Below are positions 19,962 through 29,195 of a stretch of DNA of 64,000 bases, in pieces. The DNA comes from Spirochaetaceae bacterium. Its GTDB lineage: Bacteria > Spirochaetota > Spirochaetia > DSM-2461. The stretch covers positions 1,728,001-1,792,000 of the forward strand of contig OZ245056.1 of the NCBI GenBank assembly GCA_965224705.1, read 5' to 3'. The translations under genes and the position numbers were made by a program. A model generated the notes under the pieces. It did no database searches and was not told the origin of the DNA. It worked only from the letters and a program-made list of their open reading frames with translations. Every line of letters begins with the position of its first letter. The first letter of the stretch is position 1.

Positions 19962-20099
19962 GCCGGGGAGGCTCGCGCAGCTCACTTCTTCACCCTGGTT
20001 TCACGCGACACCCTGGAGGAAGAATTCGCCCACCACCGCAAGCTCTTCCTCTCCGAGCAGGGCTATTCCTACCAGGTCGTCATCGCCGACGGGCCATGA
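19962..20099 (+). pseudogene. C-terminal remnant of an XPB/Rad25-type helicase
   Basis: Manual translation AHFFTLVSRDTLEEEFAHHRKLFLSEQGYSYQV resembles the bacterial XPB C-terminus as recalled from memory. Confidence 0.65.
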
Positions 20100-20169
20100 G
20101 CATCCTATCTTTGAACCCAAATCGCGGTATTGAACCTGGCAGTGGAGTTGGACTAGTATGTCTTTCAGG

Positions 20170-20225
20170 GAGTCTGTCGAACTCTAAGACTTCGAGCCGT
20201 GAGGCGTAAGTCCGGCAGGTTGCTC
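20170..20225 (-). mobile_element. MITE family A, internally deleted mini-copy
   Basis: GAGTCTGTCGAACTCTAAGACTTCGAG joined to CCGTGAGGCGTAAGTCCGGCAGG at a TCGAG microhomology. Confidence 0.8.
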
Positions 20226-20237
20226 ATGGAGGTTGCG

Positions 20238-20588
20238 ATGGCACAGCATAGGGTATTCGCGATGGCTTTTGCAAAGGTCTATCCCCTGTACGTTCAAAAG
20301 GCTGAACGCAAGGGCCGCACAAAGGAAGAGGTTGACCGGATTATCTGTTGGCTAACCGGGTATGAGGAATCTGGGCTGCAAAAGCAAATCGAGCAGGAGA
20401 ACGACTTTGAAACTTTCTTTGCCCAGGCGCCGGAGTTTCACCCAAAGGCCTCGCTCATCAAGGGTGTCGTGTGCGGCGTGCGGGTGGAAAATATCGACGA
20501 CCCGCTGATGTGGAAGATACGCTGCCTGGACAAGCTCATCGACGAACTTGCCAGAGGCAAGGCTATTGAGAAGATCTTGCGGCAATAA
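20238..20588 (+). CDS. DUF2200 family protein
   Basis: [25 protein letters not shown]...[11 protein letters not shown]...[19 protein letters not shown] before ATG 20238. Confidence 0.88.
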   Translation: MAQHRVFAMAFAKVYPLYVQKAERKGRTKEEVDRIICWLTGYEESGLQKQIEQENDFETFFAQAPEFHPKASLIKGVVCGVRVENIDDPLMWKIRCLDKLIDELARGKAIEKILRQ

Positions 20589-20740
20589 CCGCCGTTTGAA
20601 GCTCCTTTTCAGATGGTCACGCCGCCATTTACCGCCTGGGTAAAGACTCACCCCAGGGGCCAGATTGCTCTGAGCCAAATGACTAAAACGCTTGTTTTCT
20701 TCGCCATTCTGTCTTAGAATCGGAAGAGAGGAAAAACAGG

Positions 20741-21235
20741 ATGAAATGCGCCCTTTTAATTATCGACCTTCAAAAAGAGTACTATTGCGGATTGGCGGAG
20801 AAGTCCATGAATGAAGCCTGTGAGTACATCAATGAAATGATCCCCTATTTTAGAAAAAACAAGCTCCCGGTTATCTGGATTCAGGATGTGGATGAAGCAA
20901 GCGGCGTCATCCCCGGAAGCAGGGGTTTTGAGTTTATTGATCTCCTCAAGCCTCTGAAGGAAGAATACTCAATTCACAAATACTATGGCAATTCCTTCAA
21001 TAAAACCGAGCTTCATAGCATCCTGAAAAAAGAGAATATTGATACTCCGATTCTCTGCGGCTACGCGGCGGAAAATTGCGTGCTTTCCACTTACAGGGGG
21101 GCGCTGGATCTGGATCTTCATCCCGTCATTCTTCAAAACGGAATTGCCAGCAGCCGTACTGGAGCCGTCTCGTTTGTCAGTGAGATCAGTCAATTGATCT
21201 CCTATGAGATATTGACCAGAGTCATAGAGGATTGA
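20741..21235 (+). CDS. Isochorismatase/cysteine hydrolase family protein
   Basis: ALLIIDLQ, K.YGNSF..T.L, CG.AAE.CV.ST. Confidence 0.88.
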   Translation: MKCALLIIDLQKEYYCGLAEKSMNEACEYINEMIPYFRKNKLPVIWIQDVDEASGVIPGSRGFEFIDLLKPLKEEYSIHKYYGNSFNKTELHSILKKENIDTPILCGYAAENCVLSTYRGALDLDLHPVILQNGIASSRTGAVSFVSEISQLISYEILTRVIED

Positions 21236-21288
21236 CGATGGGGCAATAATGCCAATTCAGTTTATTTGATTTGCAGGAGATAGAAAAA

Positions 21289-22011
21289 ATGATAGTCCTT
21301 TTAGTAGGAGCAACAGGCGCAACCGGTCAACTTTTGGTGGAGCAATTACTCCTTCGCGGACATAGGGTCAAGGCGATTGTTCGATCCCCTGAGAAACTGC
21401 CCACGGCTGTTAGAAATCATGATTGCCTGACAGTGATACAGGCAGGCATCCTGAACATAAGCGACAGGGAAATGACCGAAATTGTCCGGGATTGTGCTGC
21501 GGTTGCTTCCTGCCTGGGGCATAACTTAAGCTTTAAGGGAGTTTTTGGTCATCCCCGCCGATTGGTAACCAATGCCGCCCAACTCTTGTGCCGCGCTATT
21601 AAAGCTAACAATAAAAAAGAGACAACCAAATTTGTGCTCATGAACACAGCAGGTAACAGTAATCGCGGTATACACGAGCCCCTATCCTTATTGCATAGAT
21701 GTATTATTGGGCTTCTGCGCTTACTGCTGCCCCCACAGTTGGACAATGAGATGGCTGCGGACTATCTGCGGACGGTTATAGGACAGGATGACAGGACCAT
21801 TGCATGGTCGGTGGTTCGGCCGGATACCCTGATCAATAAAGACGAAGTCTCCCCCTATGAAGTACATCCTTCCCCGATAAGAAGCGCGATTCTCAACCCG
21901 GGTAAAACCAGCCGAATCAATGTGGGGCATTTCATGGCTGACTTAATAACTGACAACGATATCTGGAATAAGTGGAAGGGGAAAATGCCCGTGCTTTATA
22001 ATAAAAAATGA
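21289..22011 (+). CDS. NAD(P)H-binding Rossmann-fold oxidoreductase
   Basis: VGATGATG, VRSPEKL, W.VVRPD.L, SRINV..FM. Confidence 0.85.
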   Translation: MIVLLVGATGATGQLLVEQLLLRGHRVKAIVRSPEKLPTAVRNHDCLTVIQAGILNISDREMTEIVRDCAAVASCLGHNLSFKGVFGHPRRLVTNAAQLLCRAIKANNKKETTKFVLMNTAGNSNRGIHEPLSLLHRCIIGLLRLLLPPQLDNEMAADYLRTVIGQDDRTIAWSVVRPDTLINKDEVSPYEVHPSPIRSAILNPGKTSRINVGHFMADLITDNDIWNKWKGKMPVLYNKK

Positions 22012-22226
22012 GCATAGATTTTAAGTCTTTCTGCTCTTGCCTTTTGCCGCACCCTCCTGGTGCGATATTGTGGTTGATTGTACATCGTTTAAACGGAATC
22101 TTGTATTAATGTTTTCCGTTATAGTATAGGCACCCTATTGTCACAATTCTTTGGATAGGGGGCGGCAAACCGATGATCAGCCTGCCGAAGAGCGTCATGC
22201 CGTTGTCACCGCCGAATCCGCAAGAC

Positions 22227-22265
22227 TTGACAAAAGCTTCATTTTCAATGAGAATCTGGTTGAGG
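22227..22265 (+). promoter_or_regulatory. Promoter-like motif homologous to the AAA-gene spacers
   Basis: TTGACA-17-GAGAAT, then CTGGTTGAGG; matches the minus strand of 14239-14275 and 16118-16156. Confidence 0.6.
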
Positions 22266-22310
22266 TAGCGTCAGGGGCAGCGACATTCCTTCTCTGGCTG
22301 ATACCTTATA

Positions 22311-22473
22311 GGGCACCTCTAAAAAACATCCATTCCGTTTCTGGCTTGATCTTTACCACTGCTACTGCGTTGCCAAAATGCTCACGTAGCCCAGCTACGC
22401 TCCGCTTTTATCGCCTTGTATCAGTGAAAAATCTCTGCACCAGATTCCGAAAGCAGGTTTTTTAGAGGCGTCT
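22311..22473 (+). mobile_element. MITE family B (163 bp) carrying the family A core
   Basis: TIRs GGGCACCTCTAAAAAAC and GTTTTTTAGAGGCGTCT; TATA on both flanks; 22361-22422 matches 8975-9036 at 59/62. Confidence 0.85.
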
Positions 22474-22582
22474 TATAGAGGTTTTTAAATCAGTTTTCTG
22501 TAACAACCCCCTACGATAAGGTACTGATTGATTCACAATAGGGAGTGTTCCCGGGAGAATATGGGACAGGAAGAGGGAATTT

Positions 22583-22790
22583 TGGCTGATTCATGGCCGT
22601 ACCCGGACTCCCACCTTTCTTAACACTCTGCCCAGGCGGTGTTTGACAAGGCCTGCGAAAGGTGTAAAATAAGAAAGAAGGTCTCCATCCATTCCCTGCG
22701 GCACACCTTTTCCACTCATCTTTCTGAAGAGGGTGTTGATCTTCGCCCCACATCCAGGAACTTTTGTGACATACCGGCAGTCCTTTGGCA
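22583..22790 (+). pseudogene. Tyrosine recombinase (integron-like integrase) C-terminal remnant
   Basis: Manual translation SAQAVFDKACERCKIRKKVSIHSLRHTFSTHLSEEGVDLR, frameshift, HIQELL*HTGSPL; catalytic-Tyr segment absent. Confidence 0.85.
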
Positions 22791-22862
22791 GGGCGGGGGG
22801 TTAAGTGTATGAAATTCGTGGATATAAGATTTAGTTATACACAATTTTAAAATGAGGTGATT

Positions 22863-23309
22863 ATGAAAAGATTTGTTATTATAGCTTTATTTTTTTATAT
22901 CCCAGGTATAGCCTTCTCTTTAACGCCCAATGAGTATGAGTCAGTCTGTATCCAAGCTATGAAACTTATTGAAGCAGCTATTGAACCTGAATTACCTGAA
23001 GGCTATTTCATAGTAGATAAACATAGCAGTTCTTTTGGTGAGGTTGTTAATAATCAAATGTTTATCCGAGATTGTTTAATAGAGAAGGAACATCAAGAAC
23101 AATTCGGTCAAGCTTATATATTCTTTTACACAAAAGATAGCACTTTTTCTAAGCAGTTTAATAATCTATTTCTTAATGATATCGAATTAGAGTATCCTGA
23201 ATTTACAATAAAACTAGGATTGACCAGCGAGAATCTACCTCTAATAGAGATTATTAAAAATGTGATTCATACCATTAACTTTGACAACATTGAACCAATC
23301 GCATTTTAA
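22863..23309 (+). CDS. Hypothetical exported protein (cassette 1)
   Basis: Signal-peptide-like N-terminus, AT-rich; lies between GTTATAC (22834) and attC1. Confidence 0.7.
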   Translation: MKRFVIIALFFYIPGIAFSLTPNEYESVCIQAMKLIEAAIEPELPEGYFIVDKHSSSFGEVVNNQMFIRDCLIEKEHQEQFGQAYIFFYTKDSTFSKQFNNLFLNDIELEYPEFTIKLGLTSENLPLIEIIKNVIHTINFDNIEPIAF

Positions 23310-23315
23310 AACTAT

Positions 23316-23408
23316 GCATAACAAGAAATATATGCTTCGCTACGCTACGGGCTTTGCCACATTGGCATCGTTCCTCAGCCAACGTCATATATTTCTGGAA
23401 CGTTAGAT
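23316..23408 (+). other. attC-type recombination site 1
   Basis: GCATAAC...AGAAATATATG / CATATATTTCT...GGAAC GTTAGAT. Confidence 0.8.
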
Positions 23409-23435
23409 GATATAAAATTGACAGAGAAATAATAA

Positions 23436-24329
23436 ATGACAATAGACGAAATAGCTAATTTTCTTAAATCTACAGAGTTCACTCATATAGCTGATTCCAT
23501 TACATATATTAAGCAAAATGGGGAGAAACTAAAAAACATATATAAAATAGGCAATGCAGATTCAGGATATTTTGTAATTAAAATCCGAAATCAGAATTAT
23601 CGTTATATTTCAGATTCACTAGAAAATTTAAATTTGATGGTCGATGAATCAAATTTGTTTTTCAGATATAAGCAGGTCTTTAAACATGGTGATTATCTGA
23701 TTCTTATTTCTAATTTTGTTTTTGGGCAACTCCTACATCCAGATCATAGAAGCGAATTACCAAGACTATTTTCAGAATTGGCTAAATTCAATAAAAGTAA
23801 CATAATCTCAGGACCTTTCACATCTATGTATGCAGATGGAAATTATTTTGAGACAACAGAAGAATTGATTGAATGGGAATTGAACCATCATTTTTCTTTT
23901 TGGGTAGAAGAAGAATTAAACACAATTATTAGGCAATGTATTCAGCCTTTAAAAATGGGTTTATCTTGCTTAATTAGTGAAGATTTAAATTTAGGTAATA
24001 TGAAACTATTACCTGATAATCGCATTGTGTTTATTGATACCGAATGGCTCCAACGAGGACTAAATCTTTATCAATTTGATCATATAAATTATTTTCAGTT
24101 CGATGAACCAGAATGGTATTTTATATCTACCGAAGCAAAATTGTGTTATTCAGCGTATTTCAAAGAAATAGAAATATCACTAGAAAATGCAAATAAACAA
24201 ATTAAGGCTTTTGAGATTTTGTCTGTTTTAAGAAGAAATACATATTGGCGATTCTTTAAAATGGAAAATAAATATGGTCAAGAAAAATTAAGACTGGAGA
24301 CCGTCCTCGATACTGCTGAATTTATTTAG
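23436..24329 (+). CDS. Phosphotransferase (APH/choline-kinase-like), cassette 2
   Basis: EDLNLGNM and FIDTE kinase-like motifs; AT-rich; bounded by attC1 and attC2. Confidence 0.65.
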   Translation: MTIDEIANFLKSTEFTHIADSITYIKQNGEKLKNIYKIGNADSGYFVIKIRNQNYRYISDSLENLNLMVDESNLFFRYKQVFKHGDYLILISNFVFGQLLHPDHRSELPRLFSELAKFNKSNIISGPFTSMYADGNYFETTEELIEWELNHHFSFWVEEELNTIIRQCIQPLKMGLSCLISEDLNLGNMKLLPDNRIVFIDTEWLQRGLNLYQFDHINYFQFDEPEWYFISTEAKLCYSAYFKEIEISLENANKQIKAFEILSVLRRNTYWRFFKMENKYGQEKLRLETVLDTAEFI

Positions 24330-24356
24330 AAAAGCAAACAACCACAATTTTACATC

Positions 24357-24446
24357 ATCTAACAGAGTTTACAAGGTTCGGCCTGTGGCCTCTTCCAAAT
24401 TGTCTTGCTGCGCAAGCCAACTTCTTGTAAACTCGGAATGTTTAAT
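24357..24446 (+). other. attC-type recombination site 2
   Basis: ATCTAAC A GAGTTTACAAG / CTTGTAAACTC GGAAT GTT; 24345-24363 is an 18/19 inverted match to 23402-23420. Confidence 0.82.
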
Positions 24447-24453
24447 GGGATTC

Positions 24454-25425
24454 ATGGCAAAAGGCATTTTGTTTCGGATCCTCACTATCCTTAGAAACTT
24501 ATTTGGTTATATATGCAGCAGATATGGAAAAATTCAGCACGGGCAAAGCCTCAGCCTTATTATGGGAGACTATCACATCCTTCATGAGATGCTGAGAAAT
24601 GTGGACGGTGAAAAACTTGATTTCTACATCGAAACGCCCGGAGGTTCAGGAGAAGCCGCCGAGGAAATCGTCGAGTTCTTGCACAGTAAGTTTGAAACCA
24701 TTGATTTTGTTATCGCTGGTGAAGCAAGAACGCTGGTACCCTAATGGCAATGTCCGCAGATGAGATTTACATGACTGACAGCGGCAGCCTTGGAGTCTGT
24801 CGGACTTTAAGGCTTCGAGGCGATTTTTGATGATTTTTTCCTGATGCAAGGCGACAAAAACGGAGCGTAGCTGGGCTACGTGAGTATTTTGGCAACGCGG
24901 TAACAGGGAAAAAGGGCAAAAATCGAGCCGTGAGGCGGAAGTCCGACAGACTCCTTGGCCCTATCGATGCTCAAGTAAGGATTGGCAGGTCAACAGTCTC
25001 TGCCTTTGAATACGTTGAGTGGATGAAAAGCAAGCGTAAAGAAGCAACAAAAACAGGAGGATTGAATCCTGTAGATGCAACTATGATCGCTCAAATTACT
25101 CCCGGTGAGTATGAGAATGTATATCATGCCCAACAATTTGCTGTTGATAAGCTCAAAAATTGGTTGCCTAAATACAAATTCAAACATTGGTCAGAAACTG
25201 AAACAAATAGCAGAATTGTCCGTGCACTGCCCTCAATGTGGGAAACAACATCCTCTATATGCCAAGTTTGGCAAAGTACCCAGGGACCTTGAGAATGACT
25301 TGAAGAAAAAAGCAACTCTTTTTCCTGCCGATAATAAGTTGACATGCGATTGTAGATTTCAGTTCAATCTGGCAGCGCTAAGAAACACACTGGAAGCACA
25401 AATCGGTAGAAAAATCATTGATTAG
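24454..25425 (+). pseudogene. SDH/ClpP-class serine protease pseudogene (probable cassette 3), MITE-interrupted
   Basis: LDFYIETPGGSGEAAEEIV, frameshift, AGTLMAMSADEIYMTDSGSL[MITE]GPIDAQ...; C-terminal CPQCG/CDC in another frame. Confidence 0.85.
24793..24953 (-). mobile_element. MITE family A, full copy 3 (161 bp)
   Basis: TIRs as in the other copies; CTTG duplication at 24789-24792 and 24954-24957. Confidence 0.95.
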
Positions 25426-25448
25426 TTTAGTTATAGGGTAAGCTGTCT

Positions 25449-25655
25449 ATGGAAAACGCCATCCCATTGATGCTCAAATCCCAGTACAACCACATCGCCC
25501 ATCTGGACGAGCAGATGGTTGCCAAAACTGAATTTAATGGGTTTAAAGGGCAATTCAGAGGGCTCAAAGAGCAGGTGGGGTTCATGAAATGGATGATTAT
25601 GCCTGGATTCGCCTTGCTCGCCACGCTGCAGGTTTACACAGGTTTCGTCAAGTAG
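25449..25655 (+). CDS. Small coiled-coil, membrane-anchored hypothetical protein (possibly a fragment)
   Basis: Heptad-like stretch followed by a hydrophobic C-terminus (MKWMIMPGFALLATL). Confidence 0.35.
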   Translation: MENAIPLMLKSQYNHIAHLDEQMVAKTEFNGFKGQFRGLKEQVGFMKWMIMPGFALLATLQVYTGFVK

Positions 25656-25919
25656 GGAAATCGGTGAAAAATCCCCTATCACATCATGATTTCCTGTCTT
25701 CTTTACAATATCACTGTAATAACGAATTGCTTCATAATTAATCGACTCAAACCATGATGCTTGCCCTGGTCCACCTGGTCTTGATGTTTATTTGTTTAGC
25801 GATTAGTCTTAGAAGTGATACAAGGGGTTAAGGGCTTGTTCCCACGTGCGGGAGTAGCCTCTGGAAACTCCTGGAGTTTTTAGATATCCCAATAACAAAT
25901 ATCCAATAAGGAGGGTGTT

Positions 25920-27287
25920 ATGAAGAGATTTTTTCTTACAGTTTTGACGATGCTGATTCTCGCAGCTACAGTCTTTGCCAATGGTGCGGAGGAGAGTACA
26001 GCATCCGGGCCGGTAGAAATAGAGTTCTGGACAACGGAAACCCAGTCGGAACGGCTGGCCACTATTCAGGTTCTGGTGGATACTTTCCAGACGCTGAATC
26101 CGGAAATCACAATAAAGGTTATTCCCGTCGATGAAAACGACATGCCCACGCAGATAAATGCCGCCGCCGCTGCGGGAACACTGCCGGCACTTATTGAGGC
26201 GGCCACCCAGAACACCGTGGCATTTGGCTCCCAGGGCCTGCTCAACACGGATGCGGCCACCGCTGTCGTCAACGAAATCGGCAGTGCCAAATTCTATGAA
26301 GGCGTGCTAAGGCTGAACCAGACCAGTACGTCAGGCAGCTATTATTCCATTCCCTATCATGGCTGGGTCCAGGGCATCTGGTACAGAGCCGACTGGTTTG
26401 AAGAAGCGGGACTGAATCCCCCCGAAACATGGGATGACATTCTTGCCGCCGCTGAAGAGTTCTACGATCCGGCAAACAATCAATACGGAATACTGGTTGG
26501 CACAAAGTCAGAAACCTATGCGGAGCAGTGTTTTACCCAGTTTGCCATGTCCAATGGGGCTGGTCTGTTTGACAGCAGCGGCAACCTGATTTTCAATTCT
26601 CCTGCAATGAAGGAAGCGGTGGAATTTTATGCCGAACTGGCCAAATACAATCCGCCCGGACCACAGACCTGGCGTGCCCGTGATTACTACCTTCAGGGCA
26701 AAATGGCCATGTTCTTCTATTCCACTTATATTATGGACGATCTGGCCCTGGCCGAAGTGGCCGCCGGTTCACTAACCTCCGAAAACTTTGAGAATCTGGC
26801 CGGAGCCGGTTTTGATCCTGATCTGGTCAACAATACCCGGATGGCACCCATTATTTCCAATACCAAACCCGCCGGATACGGCACCATCGTCTCCCTGGCT
26901 CTGCCCAACACGGATGACACGGCAAAAACTGCCGCGGCCAAGAAATTTGTGCGTTACCTGTTTTCGCCCAATGCCTATATTACCTTCCTCCACATGGCTC
27001 CCGGCGGCATGAACCCCGTGTTAAAGGAGATTGCAACCAATCCGCGTTTCCAGCAGGACCCCAAGGGAATATTCACGCATTACGGACCGGAAAAAATGGC
27101 CGAAATAATCAATGGTCTGGACAGCATTGAAACTTTCGGCATTGTCGAAGGAAAGCGCATAGATGCCGCCGATGTTATCTATTCCAAACAGATTATCCCC
27201 CAGATGATCTACAAGATAACTCAGGAAAACATGAGTGTGGACGAGGCCATGTCCTGGGCTGAATCCGAGATGAAAAAGCTAATGTAG
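25920..27287 (+). CDS. Sugar ABC substrate-binding protein (YcjN-like)
   Basis: FANGAEE signal, IEFW, WVQGIWYR.DW, PETWDD. Confidence 0.88.
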   Translation: MKRFFLTVLTMLILAATVFANGAEESTASGPVEIEFWTTETQSERLATIQVLVDTFQTLNPEITIKVIPVDENDMPTQINAAAAAGTLPALIEAATQNTVAFGSQGLLNTDAATAVVNEIGSAKFYEGVLRLNQTSTSGSYYSIPYHGWVQGIWYRADWFEEAGLNPPETWDDILAAAEEFYDPANNQYGILVGTKSETYAEQCFTQFAMSNGAGLFDSSGNLIFNSPAMKEAVEFYAELAKYNPPGPQTWRARDYYLQGKMAMFFYSTYIMDDLALAEVAAGSLTSENFENLAGAGFDPDLVNNTRMAPIISNTKPAGYGTIVSLALPNTDDTAKTAAAKKFVRYLFSPNAYITFLHMAPGGMNPVLKEIATNPRFQQDPKGIFTHYGPEKMAEIINGLDSIETFGIVEGKRIDAADVIYSKQIIPQMIYKITQENMSVDEAMSWAESEMKKLM

Positions 27288-27369
27288 CTGACGCGCAGGC
27301 AAGGGAGCCATGAATCGCATGGTTCCCTTGTCCGTCAATATCCATTATAAAAGAACGGGAAAAAATCTC

Positions 27370-28242
27370 ATGAAACATGGGGCCACCTTCCATCAGCATG
27401 AAGCCAGAACGGGCTGGGCTTTCATTCTCCCCTCGCTTATTGTCATATTAAGCCTGATACTCTATCCCATAATCTCCAATATAATATCCAGCTTCTTCAA
27501 AGTGTCATTGGTGGAGCGCAATGTCTTTGTGGGGATTAAAAACTATGCGGAAATTGCATTGGACCCGGCATTCTGGCGGGCGGTGGGCACGACTCTTGTC
27601 TATGTGCTGTTTTCAACACTGGGAACCACCCTGGTCGGCCTGGGTACGGCTCTGGTTATGAACAGGAAATTTCCATTCAGGGGTCTGGTTCGCAGTCTTA
27701 TTCTACTGCCCTATGTCGCACCGGTGTTCTCGGTCGTCTACGCCTGGAAATTCTTTTTTGATCCGGTAAACGGGCTGTTCATGGACATAACGATGGAAAA
27801 ACTGGGACTGTTCGCTGAGAGGTTCAATCTTATAGGCAGTCCCAATACCGCTCTTTGGGTGGCAATAATCTTTTCCATCTGGAAGAACTTCCCGTTTACC
27901 TATTTGATGCTGCTCTCCCGGATGCAGGCGGTAGATAAGAATCTCTACGAAGCGGCGGATGTGGACGGCGCCGGGGCCTGGCACAAGTTCCGTTTCATAA
28001 CCCTGCCGGAGCTGTACTTCGTTATGGGATCCATTGTGCTTTTGCGCGTAATATGGAATTTTAACAAGTTTGAGGACATTTTTCTGCTGACTGACAATGT
28101 CAAAGTGCTTTCGGTATACACCTATTTCAAGGCATTTGTCGGGGTGACCGATCTGGGGCAGGGGTCGGCACTGGTTATACTGCAATTCGCCCTTTTAATC
28201 GGGTTCATATTCTACTATGTCAAAAAGGTGCTCAAATGGTAA
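27370..28242 (+). CDS. Carbohydrate ABC permease (YcjO-like)
   Basis: FVGIKNY, WKNFPF, LYEAA.VDGA. Confidence 0.88.
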   Translation: MKHGATFHQHEARTGWAFILPSLIVILSLILYPIISNIISSFFKVSLVERNVFVGIKNYAEIALDPAFWRAVGTTLVYVLFSTLGTTLVGLGTALVMNRKFPFRGLVRSLILLPYVAPVFSVVYAWKFFFDPVNGLFMDITMEKLGLFAERFNLIGSPNTALWVAIIFSIWKNFPFTYLMLLSRMQAVDKNLYEAADVDGAGAWHKFRFITLPELYFVMGSIVLLRVIWNFNKFEDIFLLTDNVKVLSVYTYFKAFVGVTDLGQGSALVILQFALLIGFIFYYVKKVLKW

Positions 28243-29195
28243 AATCGAAAAATCTTTTACAGAAAACCGGATTCCTGCTCCTGGTCCTGCTGATTGTCCT
28301 TTTTGCCCTGTTCCCTTTTTTGCAGATGCTCTCCATGTCCCTGAAATACCAGTGGGACTGGGGTAATCCCTCGCTTATACCAACCCAGATAAATACGGAA
28401 GCCTACAAGGAGTTGTTGAACATTGGCCAGGAAATGAAAAATGTCCCGGAATCGGTGCGTATTCTTCTGGAAGAATCCGATCTGACCAAAGAGCAGCGCA
28501 ATACCATTCTTGCTAAATACCAGAATTCCAGCGATGTGTTCCCCTTTCTTCGGTATTTCCGCAATTCGCTGCTGCTGTCCTGCATGGCGGCCGTGCTGTC
28601 GGTTGTGCTTGCCGTCTTTGGGGCCTATTCATTCAGCCGTCTGCAATACCGGGGCCGGGCACTTATACAGCGGGGAGTGCTTTTTGTCTACATGATAGGA
28701 GGCATTCTTCTTCTTATCCCCTTATACCGTATTGCTGTTGCCCTGGGGCTGCTGGCAACACCGGCGGGCACATTTCTGGCCCTTCTGGTCATCTACCTGG
28801 TTCAAACCCTGCCGGTGTCCCTGTACATGCTGGGCAACTTCTTCCGGACAATCCCTTTTTCCATAGAGGAATCCGCCCTTATCGAGGGAGTATCCCGCCT
28901 GGGCATTGTCTGGCGCATAATTGTTCCGCTGTCCATCTCGGCCATTGTTACCGTGTTTATCTACGCCTTCATGATAGCCTGGAATGAGTATCTTTTTGCT
29001 TCGGTTTTTCTTAAAGGATACAAGGAGTTGTACACCCTGCCCATCGGTCTGCGGACCCTGTTTTTCTCAAAGAATGCCATCTGGGACCGCATTATGGCCG
29101 GTTCCATGCTGACCGCCATGCCGGTGGTCGTTCTGTTTATGTTCATCCAGAAAAATCTTGTTGGCGGCATGGCCGAGGGCGGGGTTAAGGAATAG
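28236..29195 (+). CDS. Carbohydrate ABC permease (YcjP-like)
   Basis: IP.SIEESA.IEG, AWNEYLFA, TLPIGL, GGVKE. Confidence 0.88.
   Translation: MVKSKNLLQKTGFLLLVLLIVLFALFPFLQMLSMSLKYQWDWGNPSLIPTQINTEAYKELLNIGQEMKNVPESVRILLEESDLTKEQRNTILAKYQNSSDVFPFLRYFRNSLLLSCMAAVLSVVLAVFGAYSFSRLQYRGRALIQRGVLFVYMIGGILLLIPLYRIAVALGLLATPAGTFLALLVIYLVQTLPVSLYMLGNFFRTIPFSIEESALIEGVSRLGIVWRIIVPLSISAIVTVFIYAFMIAWNEYLFASVFLKGYKELYTLPIGLRTLFFSKNAIWDRIMAGSMLTAMPVVVLFMFIQKNLVGGMAEGGVKE

Noticed and set aside
18383..20225. Composite transposon formed by two MITE A copies around the GC-rich patch
   Set aside because: The left copy has its own CTAG duplication on both sides, so it inserted independently.
8926..24953. Recurrent ~160-bp repeats as a CRISPR array
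   Set aside because: They are dispersed, have TIRs and target duplications, show no repeat-spacer periodicity, and there are no cas genes.
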